This document shows positions 10,865 to 24,416 of a stretch of 64,000 nt of DNA, in pieces; positions within the stretch are counted from its first letter, which is position 1; every line of letters starts with the position of its first letter. Origin of the DNA: Octopus bimaculoides (taxonomy: Eukaryota); NCBI RefSeq assembly GCF_001194135.2, contig NC_068983.1, forward strand, positions 111,879,822-111,943,821. The letters run 5' to 3'. The notes beneath the pieces were generated by a model. The model was not told the origin of the DNA and ran no database searches. It worked only from the letters and a program-made list of their open reading frames with translations. Both the position numbers and the translations under genes were made by a program.

Positions 10865-12112
10865 TATATATAAAATATATAGTTTTAGGGAAAATAACCA
10901 ATTTTCAAGAACTCATCGATGAAAATCCACTATCACATATAGTTTGAATTACGGAAAAATTTGGATAAGTACTGTTTTCACTTTGCTAAAGATTTTCTAC
11001 TATTTGAAAATAATATGTATTCTTGTTTTTATACTATTCATTTGGTTCTTTATAGATTATTTTAATAGATAACNNNNNNNNNNNNNNNNNNNNNNNNNNN
11101 NNNNNNNNNNNNNNNNNNNNNNNNNNNNNNNNNNNNNNNNNNNNNNNNNNNNNNNNNNNNNNNNNNNNNNNNNNNNNNNNNNNNNNNNNNNNNNNNNNNN
11201 NNNNNNNNNNNNNNNNNNNNNNNNNNNNNNNNNNNNNNNNNNNNNNNNNNNNNNNNNNNNNNNNNNNNNNNNNNNNNNNNNNNNNNNNNNNNNNNNNNNN
11301 NNNNNNNNNNNNNNNNNNNNNNNNNNNNNNNNNNNNNNNNNNNNNNNNNNNNNNNNNNNNNNNNNNNNNNNNNNNNNNNNNNNNNNNNNNNNNNNNNNNN
11401 NNNNNNNNNNNNNNNNNNNNNNNNNNNNNNNNNNNNNNNNNNNNNNNNNNNNNNNNNNNNNNNNNNNNNNNNNNNNNNNNNNNNNNNNNNNNNNNNNNNN
11501 NNNNNNNNNNNNNNNNNNNNNNNNNNNNNNNNNNNNNNNNNNNNNNNNNNNNNNNNNNNNNNNNNNNNNNNNNNNNNNNNNNNNNNNNNNNNNNNNNNNN
11601 NNNNNNNNNNNNNNNNNNNNNNNNNNNNNNNNNNNNNNNNNNNNNNNNNNNNNNNNNNNNNNNNNNNNNNNNNNNNNNNNNNNNNNNNNNNNNNNNNNNN
11701 NNNNNNNNNNNNNNNNNNNNNNNNNNNNNNNNNNNNNNNNNNNNNNNNNNNNNNNNNNNNNNNNNNNNNNNNNNNNNNNNNNNNNNNNNNNNNNNNNNNN
11801 NNNNNNNNNNNNNNNNNNNNNNNNNNNNNNNNNNNNNNNNNNNNNNNNNNNNNNNNNNNNNNNNNNNNNNNNNNNNNNNNNNNNNNNNNNNNNNNNNNNN
11901 NNNNNNNNNNNNNNNNNNNNNNNNNNNNNNNNNNNNNNNNNNNNNNNNNNNNNNNNNNNNNNNNNNNNNNNNNNNNNNNNNNNNNNNNNNNNNNNNNNTA
12001 TACTCATTTATTGTGCTTTTAATTATCAATTTTTCTATATGTGATAGTGGATTTTCATCGATGAGTTCTTGAAAATTGGTTATTTTCCCTAAAACTATAT
12101 ATTTTATATATA
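10865..12112. mobile_element. MITE-like element with identical TIRs of about 75 bp, in a TA context; interior mostly gap
   Basis: 10865-10942 is the exact reverse complement of 12035-12112 (AGTTTTAGGGAAAATAACCAATTTTCAAGAACTCATCGATGAAAATCCACTATCACATATAG). Confidence 0.75.
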
Positions 12113-12204
12113 CTTATATAAGGCTCAATTTAATTTTAATTTTTTATAAATTGATTTTAATTGAGTTTTTTACCTGTAATTTTGGATTTTGTCCCTAATA
12201 TTAT

Positions 12205-12239
<35 letters not shown>

Positions 12240-12245
<6 letters not shown>

Positions 12246-12873
12246 TTATGATCAATAAGTATCCGGACTGTTGCCATTGTAACGAAGCTAAAGCATGCAG
12301 AGTAAATCTGCTTGGTTCAGATTGACCTTGGACTCTGTTGTGCATGTGCACTAAGTTTTAACATTCTAGTTCATTTTCTCTGTTTACAGCAGTGCTTGAA
12401 AGAAACATGTGTCGCGTATGATCATTGAATTAGCATCTGTGAGTTATCAGGGAATTTGCAGACTAGTTGCAGTTCAGTTCAGTCCATTATCACTGAAGAT
12501 ACGGTTATGACACACGTGTCTGCCAAAACTGCTTTCAGCTGACCCAAAAGACAGATCTCCTTGATTGTGTTGAAAACAATGAAAACATTTTTAAAACTTT
12601 GCATAGTCCTCTGAACAAGTATTGCCAAGCTTTTGGCAAAGTTTAATGCAGATTCTCTACTCAACTTTCTCTGTAATGGTCAATGCGATGATCACACACT
12701 ACACACCTTCCTTCCAAGTACTGCTGTAAATAGCAGAAGTGAGCTAAAACCTTAAACCTTAGTGCACATGCACAGCAGAGTCCAATATCAATCTGTGTCA
12801 AGCAGATTTATCTTGCATACTTTAGCTTTGTTACTATAGCAACAGTCCGGATACTTATTGATCAGACCATGTA
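12240..12873 (-). mobile_element. Internally deleted mariner-type element with long (over 100 bp) imperfect TIRs
   Basis: GATCAATAAGTATCCGGACTGTTGC at 12250 and its reverse complement at about 12838-12863. The inverted similarity extends to TGCATGTGCACTAAG / CTTAGTGCACATGCA, and the ends are flanked by TA. Confidence 0.8.
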
Positions 12874-12912
12874 TGTATACACACATGTATATGTATGTGT
12901 GTGTGTGTATAT

Positions 12913-12956
<44 letters not shown>

Positions 12957-12980
12957 CATACATATACATGTGAGTGTGAG

Positions 12981-13316
12981 CGTTACCAGTGTCGCCTTAC
13001 TGGCACGTGAAAAAACATTCGAGCGAGATGGTTGCCAGTGCTACTGGACTGGCTCCTGTGCAGGTGGCATATAAAATACACCATTTCGAGCATGGCCATT
13101 GCCAGTACCACATGACTGGCCTTCGTGCTGGTGGCACGTAAAAGCACCCACTACACTCTCGGAGTGGTTGGCATTAGGAAGGGCATCCAGCTGTAGAAAC
13201 TATGCCAAATCAGATTGGAGCTTGGTGTAGCCATCTGGTTTGCCAGTCCTCAGTCAAATCGTCCAACCCATGCTAGCATGGAAAGCGGACGTTAAACGAT
13301 GATGATGATGATGATG
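12981..13316 (+). mobile_element. 5'-truncated RTE-type LINE 3'UTR with (GAT)n tail
   Basis: High similarity to 4560-4914, 25807-26141 and 29940-30298. Confidence 0.8.
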
Positions 13317-13977
13317 TATATATATATGTATGTATGTTTATGTGTGTGTCTTCAGATATGAATACGTTTGGAAACACGTTCACACCTCTCTTTCTCTCTC
13401 TCTCTCACAAACACACACATACACACACACACACAAGCACACTTATGCATATAACTAGACAATATGAATTGTGTGTTGGACCCTAGATTGGAGGAATATA
13501 CTGCAGAGAGGGAGGAGAACCAGAAAATGATAGAGATAGAAAGGGAAATAATTAAAGTAAGGATTGAGGGAGGAGAATCTATATATATAGTGGGTGGGGT
13601 GGCAAGAAAAATGAAGCAGATATGTGTATAAAGCGAAGTTGTAACATTCAAAAGTAGGAGGAAAGGTAACTTCATTGCATTGTTTTATTGGACTGTTACA
13701 TTTCTATTACCTATGGTATTATTCTGCAACAATCTATGTTTGAAAGACTATAACTATGAAATGGAAACAGAAACATCATTTACACACTGTATACACTAAT
13801 ACTATTTGCAAGACTATTGATTGAAAACTATGGAACAAAATTGAAGAAATAATCTTTTATAGATATCACCTTTATATTACATGAAAAACAGTTTCAAAAG
13901 AAATTATGTGTTGCATGTTTCAGTATAAATTTCCAACAAAATAACCATGGAAATTCCATGGGAAATGCCTATATATA

Positions 13978-14062
<85 letters not shown>

Positions 14063-14069
14063 GTTTGTG

Positions 14070-14122
<53 letters not shown>

Positions 14123-14454
14123 CCACATGATGCATCAATGATCAATCAAAATAACAGTATGTACATCTACTTGTAACATTTTTCTGCACACTCAAATATG
14201 AATAAGAATCATTTCATGATTTTACCTTGTACAAGAAATTTTCTCAAGAGACATTTTTGTGTCAAAGCACAACATTCTCCAAATGATATTAGCAACTATC
14301 AATCACCAGTGTTTTGGTTGAATGTTGCATCCTCAGTGACAGACATTGCCTTGGTCTTTGGAGTTAGGAAGTCATAGCTTTCTGAATGAAATCTGTCAAG
14401 CTACAGGCTGATATGAAAATTGGTGGTTAGATACCTTTCGACAAAATGAACTGC

Positions 14455-14455
14455 T

Positions 14456-14534
<79 letters not shown>

Positions 14535-14760
14535 ACTACTACTACCACTATTGCTGCTGCTGCTGCTACGACTATCACCACTACTACCACTACCACCACC
14601 AACAACAACAACACCACCATCACCATCACCACCACCACCTCTGCCACCACTGTTGTTGCTATTACTACAACTGCTACCACAGCTGCTGCTACTACTATTA
14701 CTTCTACCACCACCATCACTGCAATAGCTACTGTTACTAATACTCATAATAATGATGAGG
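14455..14760. repeat. Compound trinucleotide repeat (CTA)n/(CTG)n/(CAC)n
   Basis: Seen directly. It explains the poly-L, poly-S and poly-V ORFs. Confidence 0.9.
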
Positions 14761-17399
14761 AGTAGGGAGAAGAATATTGCAGCATATTAGGGTGCAGTGC
14801 AATGGTAACAAACAAGAAATATATTTGTTGTCAAGCAGCTAGGGGCTATCGAAGAACTTCTTTCAACTCCTAAAATACTTTTCCCAAATTTCTGTCTGTG
14901 ATCTGCGAATACATATTTAGAATGGACTTTTTACCCAGCCTCTGCTGGCCATCTCACCCATCTTTCAGGAAACTTATTGGAGAGCACTTCTTACCTCTCC
15001 ACTCAGAGTTTCTCTTCAGTTGATACTTAGAAGGGTTGATGAAGGTACGGCATGAGAGAAAAATACCTTGTTCTCTGTTCTTTCAATCTTTGTTTTTGCT
15101 ATAACAACCAGACACAATAAATTGACTTACATTTCCTTGCAAATGGAAGTTGGTGGAATGAACTCAATCAATAGCCATACTTGTCCATATGCCAGACAGA
15201 CCAATTCCATCACTGAGTTGCTTGTACAGTTTATCCTGAAGCAGCAATGACTATGATTTAAATGCTAGGTCAAACATTTTGGCAATTTGTGTATAATTTC
15301 CAAACTAAAGTATTTCAAAAGAGATTTCTCTCTTCATCCTCATCAATGTTCAGGATATCCATGCAGACATCACCCCTCATATTCATTAATGCTCTATAAA
15401 CCGCAAAGAATGAAGTTCCACTGGCTACATTAGCCACTATTAAAAGTAAAAGAATGCTTGGAATGATTGTAAACACTGGTCAACAATATACCTGGCTGAA
15501 GCTCCGTCAAAGAGGCAAGCCACAAAAAGACGTTCCTGCATAAAGGCTACCACACTAGCACACTCAAATAGTCTTTACAGATGTCACAGCCTCCTTGCAT
15601 ACTTGTGCATCATTAATCCCAACACTAAATGGAACTTCTGATTATTGGAACAATTCTTTTTAACAAGAGGAAAAAGAGCAGACACACCAATTTGGTCAGC
15701 CAGTGTCTAGAATAAGGTATGGCAGCCATAAGACAATATGTTATAGAAGTGATGTAGGTATTTGCTACTTTTGTCTAGTATTTCAGAGATAGCTTTCTCT
15801 CAGTGCATTTCTGAGTGAGATTTGTGGGAAAAAAAATTTAGATAAAAACAGAGAAATGTTAGGGTATTAATAAAGTGCTCCAAGTGTGTTTAATTTACAA
15901 GTCAACAAGATGTTGACCTTTTCTTGTCCATTCAGATCCAACAGTTCTTCATGGAAGATACTGGACTCACCACTTTTAAACACTGCATGCAAGAAGTAAA
16001 GAAATCAATACTCTATGATACTGTTCAATGCAAAAGGCAGTTACTTGCATATGTGAAGGGGATTTACTTTCATTATAATTTCAATCTTTGTTTGACTGTT
16101 TATGTGATTATTATACAATTTTAATTCTGTGTAATTATTTGTATATTTTTTCCTCCACAATCTCTTAATTTAACCCACATTTACCCGTTAATGTAATTCA
16201 CTCTTTTTTTATTGAAGACAATAAGGTTAGTTGCTGTCATTTTAAATAATTTGAGTGATTACTTAGAATCTGTCTCAGTTTTTGTAAAATCACTAATTTT
16301 TTTCAGCTGATCTGTCCAGATAAGATAATTTTGTATCTACCCATCCATATTTAAAACTGTGTTTAGAATGGCTACAACCTGTTTTCCCTGTCACTTAGTC
16401 TCTCCAGCTGCCAAGATGCAGGCCTGCCAACATTACTGCTAGTTTGTCTTCATTATTTCTATCATATTCTTGTATTAAGTTAGTTTTGCATTATTGGAAG
16501 GCTTTAACCCTTGACCAGTGTGACATCTACATATGCAGACAATATACTCCTCTGTCCCAGCATAAGGGCTCTGTGTCCCAGGACTTTCCCAACTTAAGAA
16601 ATAGAGATTTGAGTGCCAATATTTACAAAAGCAGTCAAAATAGATGTCTTTCCAGAACAAACCATGATACCAAACAACTCTAACAACTGATCACTTATTT
16701 ATTTGTTTATACAATATAATGTGGTACATCCTGGTCTTTAGCAAACCAACAGCTAAATGTTTTCAGGTAATCCAGATTAATTGTATTGTTACAGAAACCA
16801 TATCAAAACATTACCCTTCCTAATGTGTATTGGTTGTTACTCCTTACCAAAATTGTATTTTGCCAATATGTAGTCATTTTTCACATTCCACAAAATGCAT
16901 TAAGTTAAATATGTAATGATTCCTTAAAAGATGCTTAAAAACATCCTCCAATGGAAACATCACAAACTAGTATTTGTGAGTAATACCTAGGCAAAATCCG
17001 TCTCTTATATCAAGAAAATAGTATTTTGTACTACAATTACTCTGCCCAGGAATGACACACAATCTCAAAGTTGAGAGGAATGCTAGTTTCTCAGATATAT
17101 AATAATATTGGTAAAAGACATCTCTGTCTCACACATATACATAAACACAACATGCAGTCATGAATATCAGATGTGCAGATAAATAAGACCATTTTAAAAA
17201 TGACTTTTTTAACTCTTCAACAATTATAGTAACTCCTCCAACCTAAATCAGTAACTAGTTTATTTTTCCTGTCATAAATAAGAGAAAGACTTTTTACTTA
17301 CCAATGGAGCAATAGTCAGCTTGGGTTACAAAGTATATCTAATACTACATGAAATTTTGCTTTATTGATCATGGATGAAATTGATAGTAATGACATCAA

Positions 17400-18810
17400 T
17401 GCCAATGCAAACATGGGTTATTTAAGAAGATATAAGCATTATTCGCACCTGGTTTATACATTTAAACTGAGTTCTACTTCAGCTCTATGAGAAAGTCAGG
17501 AATGTCCCTTCTATTGGCTATATGAAACAGCTAAAAGAATACTGGATCAAATTTTTATCCTTACTTAAATTATTTTACAGCAAAACATCTTTGGCAACAA
17601 GCATCTTTTGTTGCATATATGAAAAGAAATGGCTATCACAGATAGCACTTGTTATTCCAACTCTCATGATGCCAATTGATCTTTTCAAATACTAAGAACC
17701 AGCCAAAATCAGCCATAAGAGAGATCAAAGATAATGTAAACAAACTGCTGCTACCATCATTAAACTCTCATATTTCCCCACATGTAACTGATTTGACAGA
17801 GATAATTGTGGAATATATTCAAGTTAAGAACATTTTGAAAAAACAATTTGAAAAAGACCTTTCCAGTTTTACTAAGTTTTCATTGAGTGACAGGTCATTC
17901 TTAACAAAATTAAAGAAAAAACTTAAGGCTCTTGAGTCGAAAGTAATTGATGATCTTGCTTGAGAACACATGGGATCATGTGTTGTTAATTACTGAACAA
18001 TACCTTCTTATACACAGCTGCTATATTCTTAAAGAACACCAAGCAGTAATCTGCAGTACATGTGCAAATGAAATTACTAAACAGTAGCAACCTTGACAGA
18101 AAACAATCTTGAAGAGAACAGCAACAATCTACACTGCTATATTAGATGGTTTATCACCATAATAAAACGTAATGGGTACAATAAGTTTGCACCTCACTAC
18201 TTACATTTCAGGCAAAAATAACCAAACTTTACAACGAATTTTCATGCCAGAGTCTTGAAAGCAATCTAACTCAGGATGCTGAATGTAAACTTCATTATAA
18301 TAGAAAATCTTTTATTGCACTAAACATCTATGAGATACCCTTTCAAGACAAATATTGTGGTATTATGCATCGTTATTATACATCCATATTAAGTAGGATA
18401 TAAAGATTGTTATTTGATATTAATACAGCTTCTGTTGCTAATATCAAAATATTCATCTAGCTAGCCAGCTTTTTGTGACATCAGGGCCTGATTAATCACT
18501 GTTTTTTTTTTTTTTTTATATTCTTATATGTCAGTAGAAGTGAGGTTTGGTCAACAATAGTGATAGTGGATTTTTGTTGCTGATGAAGTGCAAACATACT
18601 GAAGTTATGTGATCTTGCACTTCTACAACTGGCGCTGGACAATTTTCGTTTGTCACTGATTTTCCATATTTAAGCCCTAAGCATCTATACCAGATGCTTC
18701 CTCAAGACAAATATCATAGTATTATAGTATTCCTATAATACATCCACGTTAAGTAGGATATAAAGATGGCTATTCAGTACTAATACTGTTTCTATTACTA
18801 AAATCTAATA
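17400..18810 (+). mobile_element. Highly decayed Penelope-like retroelement: RT remnant plus a directly repeated terminus
   Basis: At 18140-18195 the sequence reads GTA ATG GGT ACA (at) AAG TTT GCA CCT = VMGT/KFAP, resembling the Penelope RT motif GTAMGTKFAP. Direct repeats of about 130 bp lie at 18320-18450 and 18677-18810. Boundaries are uncertain. Confidence 0.4.
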
Positions 18811-20892
18811 CATGCATACATATATATAAACACACACATGCACACATATAATATAATATATAATATATAATATATATATATATATATATATAAATACACA
18901 CACACATATATGCATGTATCTATACATATTTATGTGTGTGGCCAAAAGTGATTGTTTAGGACCTGGAAATATTCCAGATTCTCTATCTCATTAGTTGCTG
19001 GTGTTAACTAAATTCAAGGATGAATAACATTGGAATATTGTTTTAACATCTATGGACAGCAGTTCTACTGCTGCATATACGAACATCTGAGATGGGATTG
19101 GCAAAGATTCGCCCACCAACATGCAAGAGCTCCTAACCTAGAAAGGAACTATTTCATTGTTCACCACAGCTACAACAGACTTTACTTCTTTGATTTCACA
19201 AGTTACATTGTTCCTCTGTAAATGCCAAACACCTACTCTTCTTCTTTTTTTCCTACTTATTATCTCTGATTCTTAAAACCATGCTGTAAACAATTTCTCC
19301 ACTCAATCCTCCCCTGTGAATTTCAGGATGCACTTCTCATGCATGTTTCTAAGAGAATTTTCAATTTACATGCATTTATAAGCTAAATAGTAATCATCTT
19401 AATCTCACTCTTTTAAGAGGACATGCAAGATTATGAGCACTGCATATCCTCCTCCACTAACTAAATGATTAAAAGCAAAGTTTAATAGTTAACTATTCAG
19501 AGTATAAGTTGAGGATCTTTCATGGCTTAATCTATTTATATAATATTCCTGATAAATCTGAAAGTTTTGATCATTGTTCATCTGCCAACGGGGAATGTGG
19601 CAGTATTGTATCAATGAGAAATAATTCAAGCGACTTTCTTTTAAATGATCTTATATAAATAATTCCTAATGTAGGTATTTAATTATAGGAAAAATTAAAT
19701 ATTTAAAAAAAAATCTTACATCTAATCATTTTTCTGCTAAAATATATTGGATAATTCCAAAAACTGACTGAAAGTAAGAGCAGATTTAACAGTCTAAACC
19801 TAGAGGGAAATCAGAGAAAATTTAGAATTTATAGCTTTATGCAATATTCATATAAAGAATTTGAAATTGTAATTGGATCTACAAAGAAAAAATGAAAAAT
19901 GCAAAATGAATTGGCTATCATTTTTGACAGCATATGTAGACTACTAATACTAATACTAATATTAGTAACAATATCAACAACAATAATATTTTATTAGCCA
20001 CAAGGACGCAAAGAGATGCAAAAATGTACCAAACTTTCACCAGGGGTTGCAAAGAAAGGAAAGATAACATGGAATATGAAACACAAAAAGTAAAACATGT
20101 TTATAAATACAAAGAGATGGGAACATTGAAAGAAATATTAAGAATTGGAAGGTACACATGTGCACACACAAATTTGTACATGTATGTATGTGTGGGTTGT
20201 TATGGTTACTGTAGCCAAGGAAACTGTCCTCAATCCAAAGTCAGGCTGAAGTTGTATAATCCTAAGTCATGCAGAAGTTTATAATCCAAATTCTAGATGA
20301 GGTTTATTCTCACTTCTCAGCCACTGTCTTTTGTACTTACTAAATAATCTTTCAAGGATACACCACGTCATTGTCTCTCCCACAAATGCAAGAATCTTCT
20401 CACCCAAAGCAACAATTCCTCTGAGTCAAGTAAAGCAAAGAGGAAGCAACCTTTTCTTATTTTCTTTGAGAACAATTGGTGACTACACATACACATAGTG
20501 AATCCACTGGTTCAAAACCAACCAATGGGCCAAAGTTACATTCTCACAACAGTATATATATATATATATNNNNNNNNNNNNNNNNNNNNNNNNNNNNNNN
20601 NNNNNNNNNNNNNNNNNNNNNNNNNNNNNNNNNNNNNNNNNNNNNNNNNNNNNNNNNNNNNNNNNNNNNNNNNNNNNNNNNNNNNNNNNNNNNNNNNNNN
20701 NNNNNNNNNNNNNNNNNNNNNNNNNNNNNNNNNNNNNNNNNNNNNNNNNNNNNNNNNNNNNNNNNNNNNNNNNNNNNNNNNNNNNNNNNNNNNNNNNNNN
20801 NNNNNNNNNNNNNNNNNNNNNNNNNNNNNNNNNNNNNNNNNNNNNNNNNNNNNNNNNNNNNNNNNNNNNNNNNNNNNNNNNNNNNNNNNNNN

Positions 20893-20927
<35 letters not shown>

Positions 20928-21049
20928 CATTTTTTTGTGCTGTAGCTTCAACTCAGAGCTGCAGCCATGCTGATGCACCTCCGTTTATATATATGCATAT
21001 ATACATACATATATGTACATACTTACATATATATGTATATACATATGTA

Positions 21050-21345
21050 TATACGGGTACAGGACATCATGAAACATAAACCACATGAAATACGAAATAC
21101 GAAAATATGAAATACGAACTTTTTTTTGCGAACAATGAAAGAAACAAATGGAAAACAAGACAAGTAACATAAATAACGACCCAAAATCTGTTGTCGGCTG
21201 TTTTATCTACTCCACATTTCGAGCAATTATGACAAGGTGTGTCTTCGAGAAAACAGTTGCTCCCACAAAGCAAAATAAAATTTGGGATTTGAGGAGGGTC
21301 GATGTTGGTAACATAAACAGGACAGTGAAAACAAACAGTAAGGGA
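21050..21345. mobile_element. Second copy of the 1512 repeat family
   Basis: Collinear similarity with 1512-1790. Confidence 0.55.
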
Positions 21346-21350
21346 TTTAC

Positions 21351-21548
21351 TGAAAGATCTTAGCCAAGTGTAAACCTTATACCAATGGAAGAAGCAAGTG
21401 CGGTCTTTGTAATATGGAAAGATCGCTCATCTGCAGAATTTCCTTTGACCCCACTACATGTCTAAATTCAAGAACTGACCTTTTTGGATCATGTCCACAT
21501 GTGAAAAAATACCTGTTACGGTTTTGGGCACCGCAGGATCATGGCTAG
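21351..21548 (+). pseudogene. C-terminal fragment of a Penelope-like GIY-YIG endonuclease domain
   Basis: Translates *KILAKCKPYTNGRSKCGLCNMERSLICRISFDPTTCLNSRTDLFGSCPHVKKYLLRFWAPQDHG*. This fits the Penelope C-terminal pattern W.IL....PY......C.LC..E.........LN.R.EL...C.H..K.LL. A T-rich tail follows. Confidence 0.75.
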
Positions 21549-21855
21549 AATTCATATTTTTATTATGTTCCTTTAAAGCTTTCCATATGTCTTAACTTCT
21601 TTTAATTTTTTATTTTTATATATATTTTACATTTTTCTTTTTTCCTTTTTAATTGTGTGAATGTGTATGTGTGTGAGTTTATATGTATCTGTATGTGCAT
21701 GTGTATATATGTGTATGTATATATGTATATATATGAGTGAAAGACTGTGTCCGGTGCATAAGTGCAACTTTCATGCACACATCCCCTTCATTTATACAGT
21801 TATGCATATATTTGTATATGTGTTGGTGTAGGTGTGTGATAGGAGGATGTATATT

Positions 21856-21904
<49 letters not shown>

Positions 21905-21912
<8 letters not shown>

Positions 21913-22286
21913 TGTGCTATGTGAATTTATGGAAAGGTATCCCATAGAACTCAACAAATTTGTTAAAAATAGAGAAGAGAAGACGTTAAAATTTGAAAGA
22001 ATTTTAATACATGCATACGATCATTTCAAACAGCGATATTAAAACATGTAAATTTCTTGGTAGAATAATTAAATTAATTTGATTGAGAATAGTGATATGT
22101 AATTAAGTAATTTAATCAAATTAATTTAATTATTCTACCATGAATTTACATGTTTTAATATCACTGCTTGAAATGATTGTATGCATGTATTAAAATTCTT
22201 TCAAATTTTAACATCTTCCCCATTTGTAACAAATATTTTGAGTTCTATGGGATACCTTTCCATAGATTCTCATAACACACCATATA
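21905..22286. repeat. Fold-back palindrome with arms of about 175 bp and a loop of about 25 nt
   Basis: ATGGAAAGGTATCCCATAGAACTCAA...GGTAGAATAATTAAATTAATTTGATT pairs with AATCAAATTAATTTAATTATTCTACC...TTGAGTTCTATGGGATACCTTTCCAT. Confidence 0.9.
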
Positions 22287-24161
22287 CAAGTATTATTTTC
22301 ATATTTTCAAACTTATACCAGTAAGCTACCAGCAAAATATAAAGAATCTTTATTAGAAATCGCTTTTTTGGAACACTCCAAAATTAAAGGTTGAAATATA
22401 ATTCAACCTTCTCACGTATATTCAAGTACAATGCATTTTACTTTCCCTTTTAGGTAATTTAGCATTTCTATGGGTATATTGTAATTTACTTGAACATCTG
22501 CAAATTTGAAGCAAGCTAAACTGTCAAAAGACAATTGCCAGGAGACTTTCAACTTCAGCTTACCTTTGATCTGGACACATTTCTTTTACATCTTAGTAGT
22601 TTATTGACCACAAGTGTGGTTTTAACTAGAAATCACTCATTTGTGTATTCCACTCCTTTCCTTTTCTTTCTGTTCCTTTAGTAGTTCTGTTAGTTCTCTG
22701 CTTGCTTATGAAGAAATTCCAACTTCAAATTGACATACTGAGAGACAAGCTGAACTCCATCACTTAATTTGCTTTATATGTGTCAATCTGTTATGACTCA
22801 TATTAAAATTTAGTGCATGTAGATATGTCCATTGGTGTATTGGTGATAATTTGAGGCATGAAACATTGCATTTCCTCTGGATAGGCTTGTTTTATGTTAC
22901 TGTAATCAACTAGTATGGTTTTTACCATTACTTAATTGTTTGAATGTTTCTTGAATTATTCTGGTCTTATCTCTGCCCTACAATAAACAGCTTCCCTTAG
23001 TAGTTTAGCTAGAGGTTGCTATTAGTTTCATGAAGAAAGCATTTCTACTGCCACAAATGTGGAGAAACATGCACTTGGGAGGGCAACCCACTCATCAGAT
23101 TCTCTTTGCTATTGCTTGAGGTAGACCTTTTTGGAGAAAGTCTATTCTTTAATGCCTTTTGCACTGACTCCGACAATCTGTCTTTCCTATTCATACACCT
23201 TGTTCTTATTGACCACTGCTGGTTATGACCAGTGAAGTATACCCCTGGTGGTCAACATCTGATCCTGAGGTTGAGGTGGGTTTTAAAGCTGCAACTGATT
23301 AAGCAAAGAGTGATGTTATTGAGAGGGTACTTGTTACTTCTGCTTGTTTTGTAACAGCCGACTTCTCTCTCCCTTTCTCATTGCCCCGGGTATGAAGTAC
23401 TCAAGTGGTGTCAATTCTCACAAGTTTAATATCTGAATTTTTTTTTGCTTTTATTTCTGAAATTGCAACAGGATATAGTTCCAGAATGGTCTTGTGGTTG
23501 TGTATTTATGGAGGTGGGAATCATTAGGACTTGAATGTTTGTACTGACTCCTCTGAACACACACCGTTTTTGGGGACAGCAGCATCATCAACAACAATAA
23601 TAATAGAATACAACACCTAAAGGCAGACACAAATGTTATATTTACCACAGAAATATGAAGTTAGGTGAACTTCCAGTACCAATAAAAATTGTATCATATA
23701 AAAGCAGAATACAAATATGTCATCTAAATTTTTATGAAAAGCTGAATCAACCAGCCTAGCTCTAAAGTATTAACAAAAACGAAATAAAACAAAAACAGCT
23801 GTCTTCTTTCTTTGGGAAAACAAGCCAACAAATGGAAAATGCAAGCTTTAGTAAAACAACTATAAGGCAGGTGGTGAAACAATAGTAGACAGCATTAAAA
23901 AGAAATAAAAACAAACTGAAAGATGGGACTGGAAAATGCTATTTTAAATGTTAGCAACAAAATCTCCTGCAGAGTCAATATATCTTTCAAGAGATAGTAA
24001 TGCGATAATGGAAGAAGCAAAAACACTGTACTCTTTAGAAAATCCAACACTCAAAGACAACAGCGTAAGAACAAACCCTTACACCCAGAAACTACTAAAA
24101 AAATCTTATAAGGAAGATGAGGATAAAAATTATCTGAGTATCTTACTGAGTGCCAGCATAT

Positions 24162-24416
24162 TATTGGGTTGGTGCATAATTATTGTGGCTTTCTTTCAAA
24201 AACTTTTATTCAATAAAAACAATAATGACTTGTAACAAAAACATCTTTAATTGATTATTCTGGAGCATATTCACCATTTACTTCAATTACTTCTTACCAT
24301 TTGCTTGGCAGACAGTCATACCATCATTTAAAGATGTTTCTGTTAGATATTGTTATTGTTTTTGCTGAATAAAATTTGTTGCAAAAAAGCCGCAATAGTT
24401 ATACACCAACCCAATA
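24162..24416 (-). mobile_element. Mariner-derived MITE (about 250 bp), TA-flanked
   Basis: TA-TTGGGTTGGTGCATAATTATTGTGGCTTT ... AAAGCCGCAATAGTTATACACCAACCCAA-TA. The interior keeps a mariner C-terminal remnant (LPSKW*EVIEVNGEY). Confidence 0.85.

Noticed and set aside
14396-14747. Poly-V, poly-S and poly-L ORFs (also 5345 and 57830-58272)
   Set aside because: These are translations of trinucleotide microsatellites, with no splice or homology evidence.
17676-17963. 95-aa ORF as a host gene
   Set aside because: It has no recognisable domain or splice context and lies inside a probable decayed retroelement.
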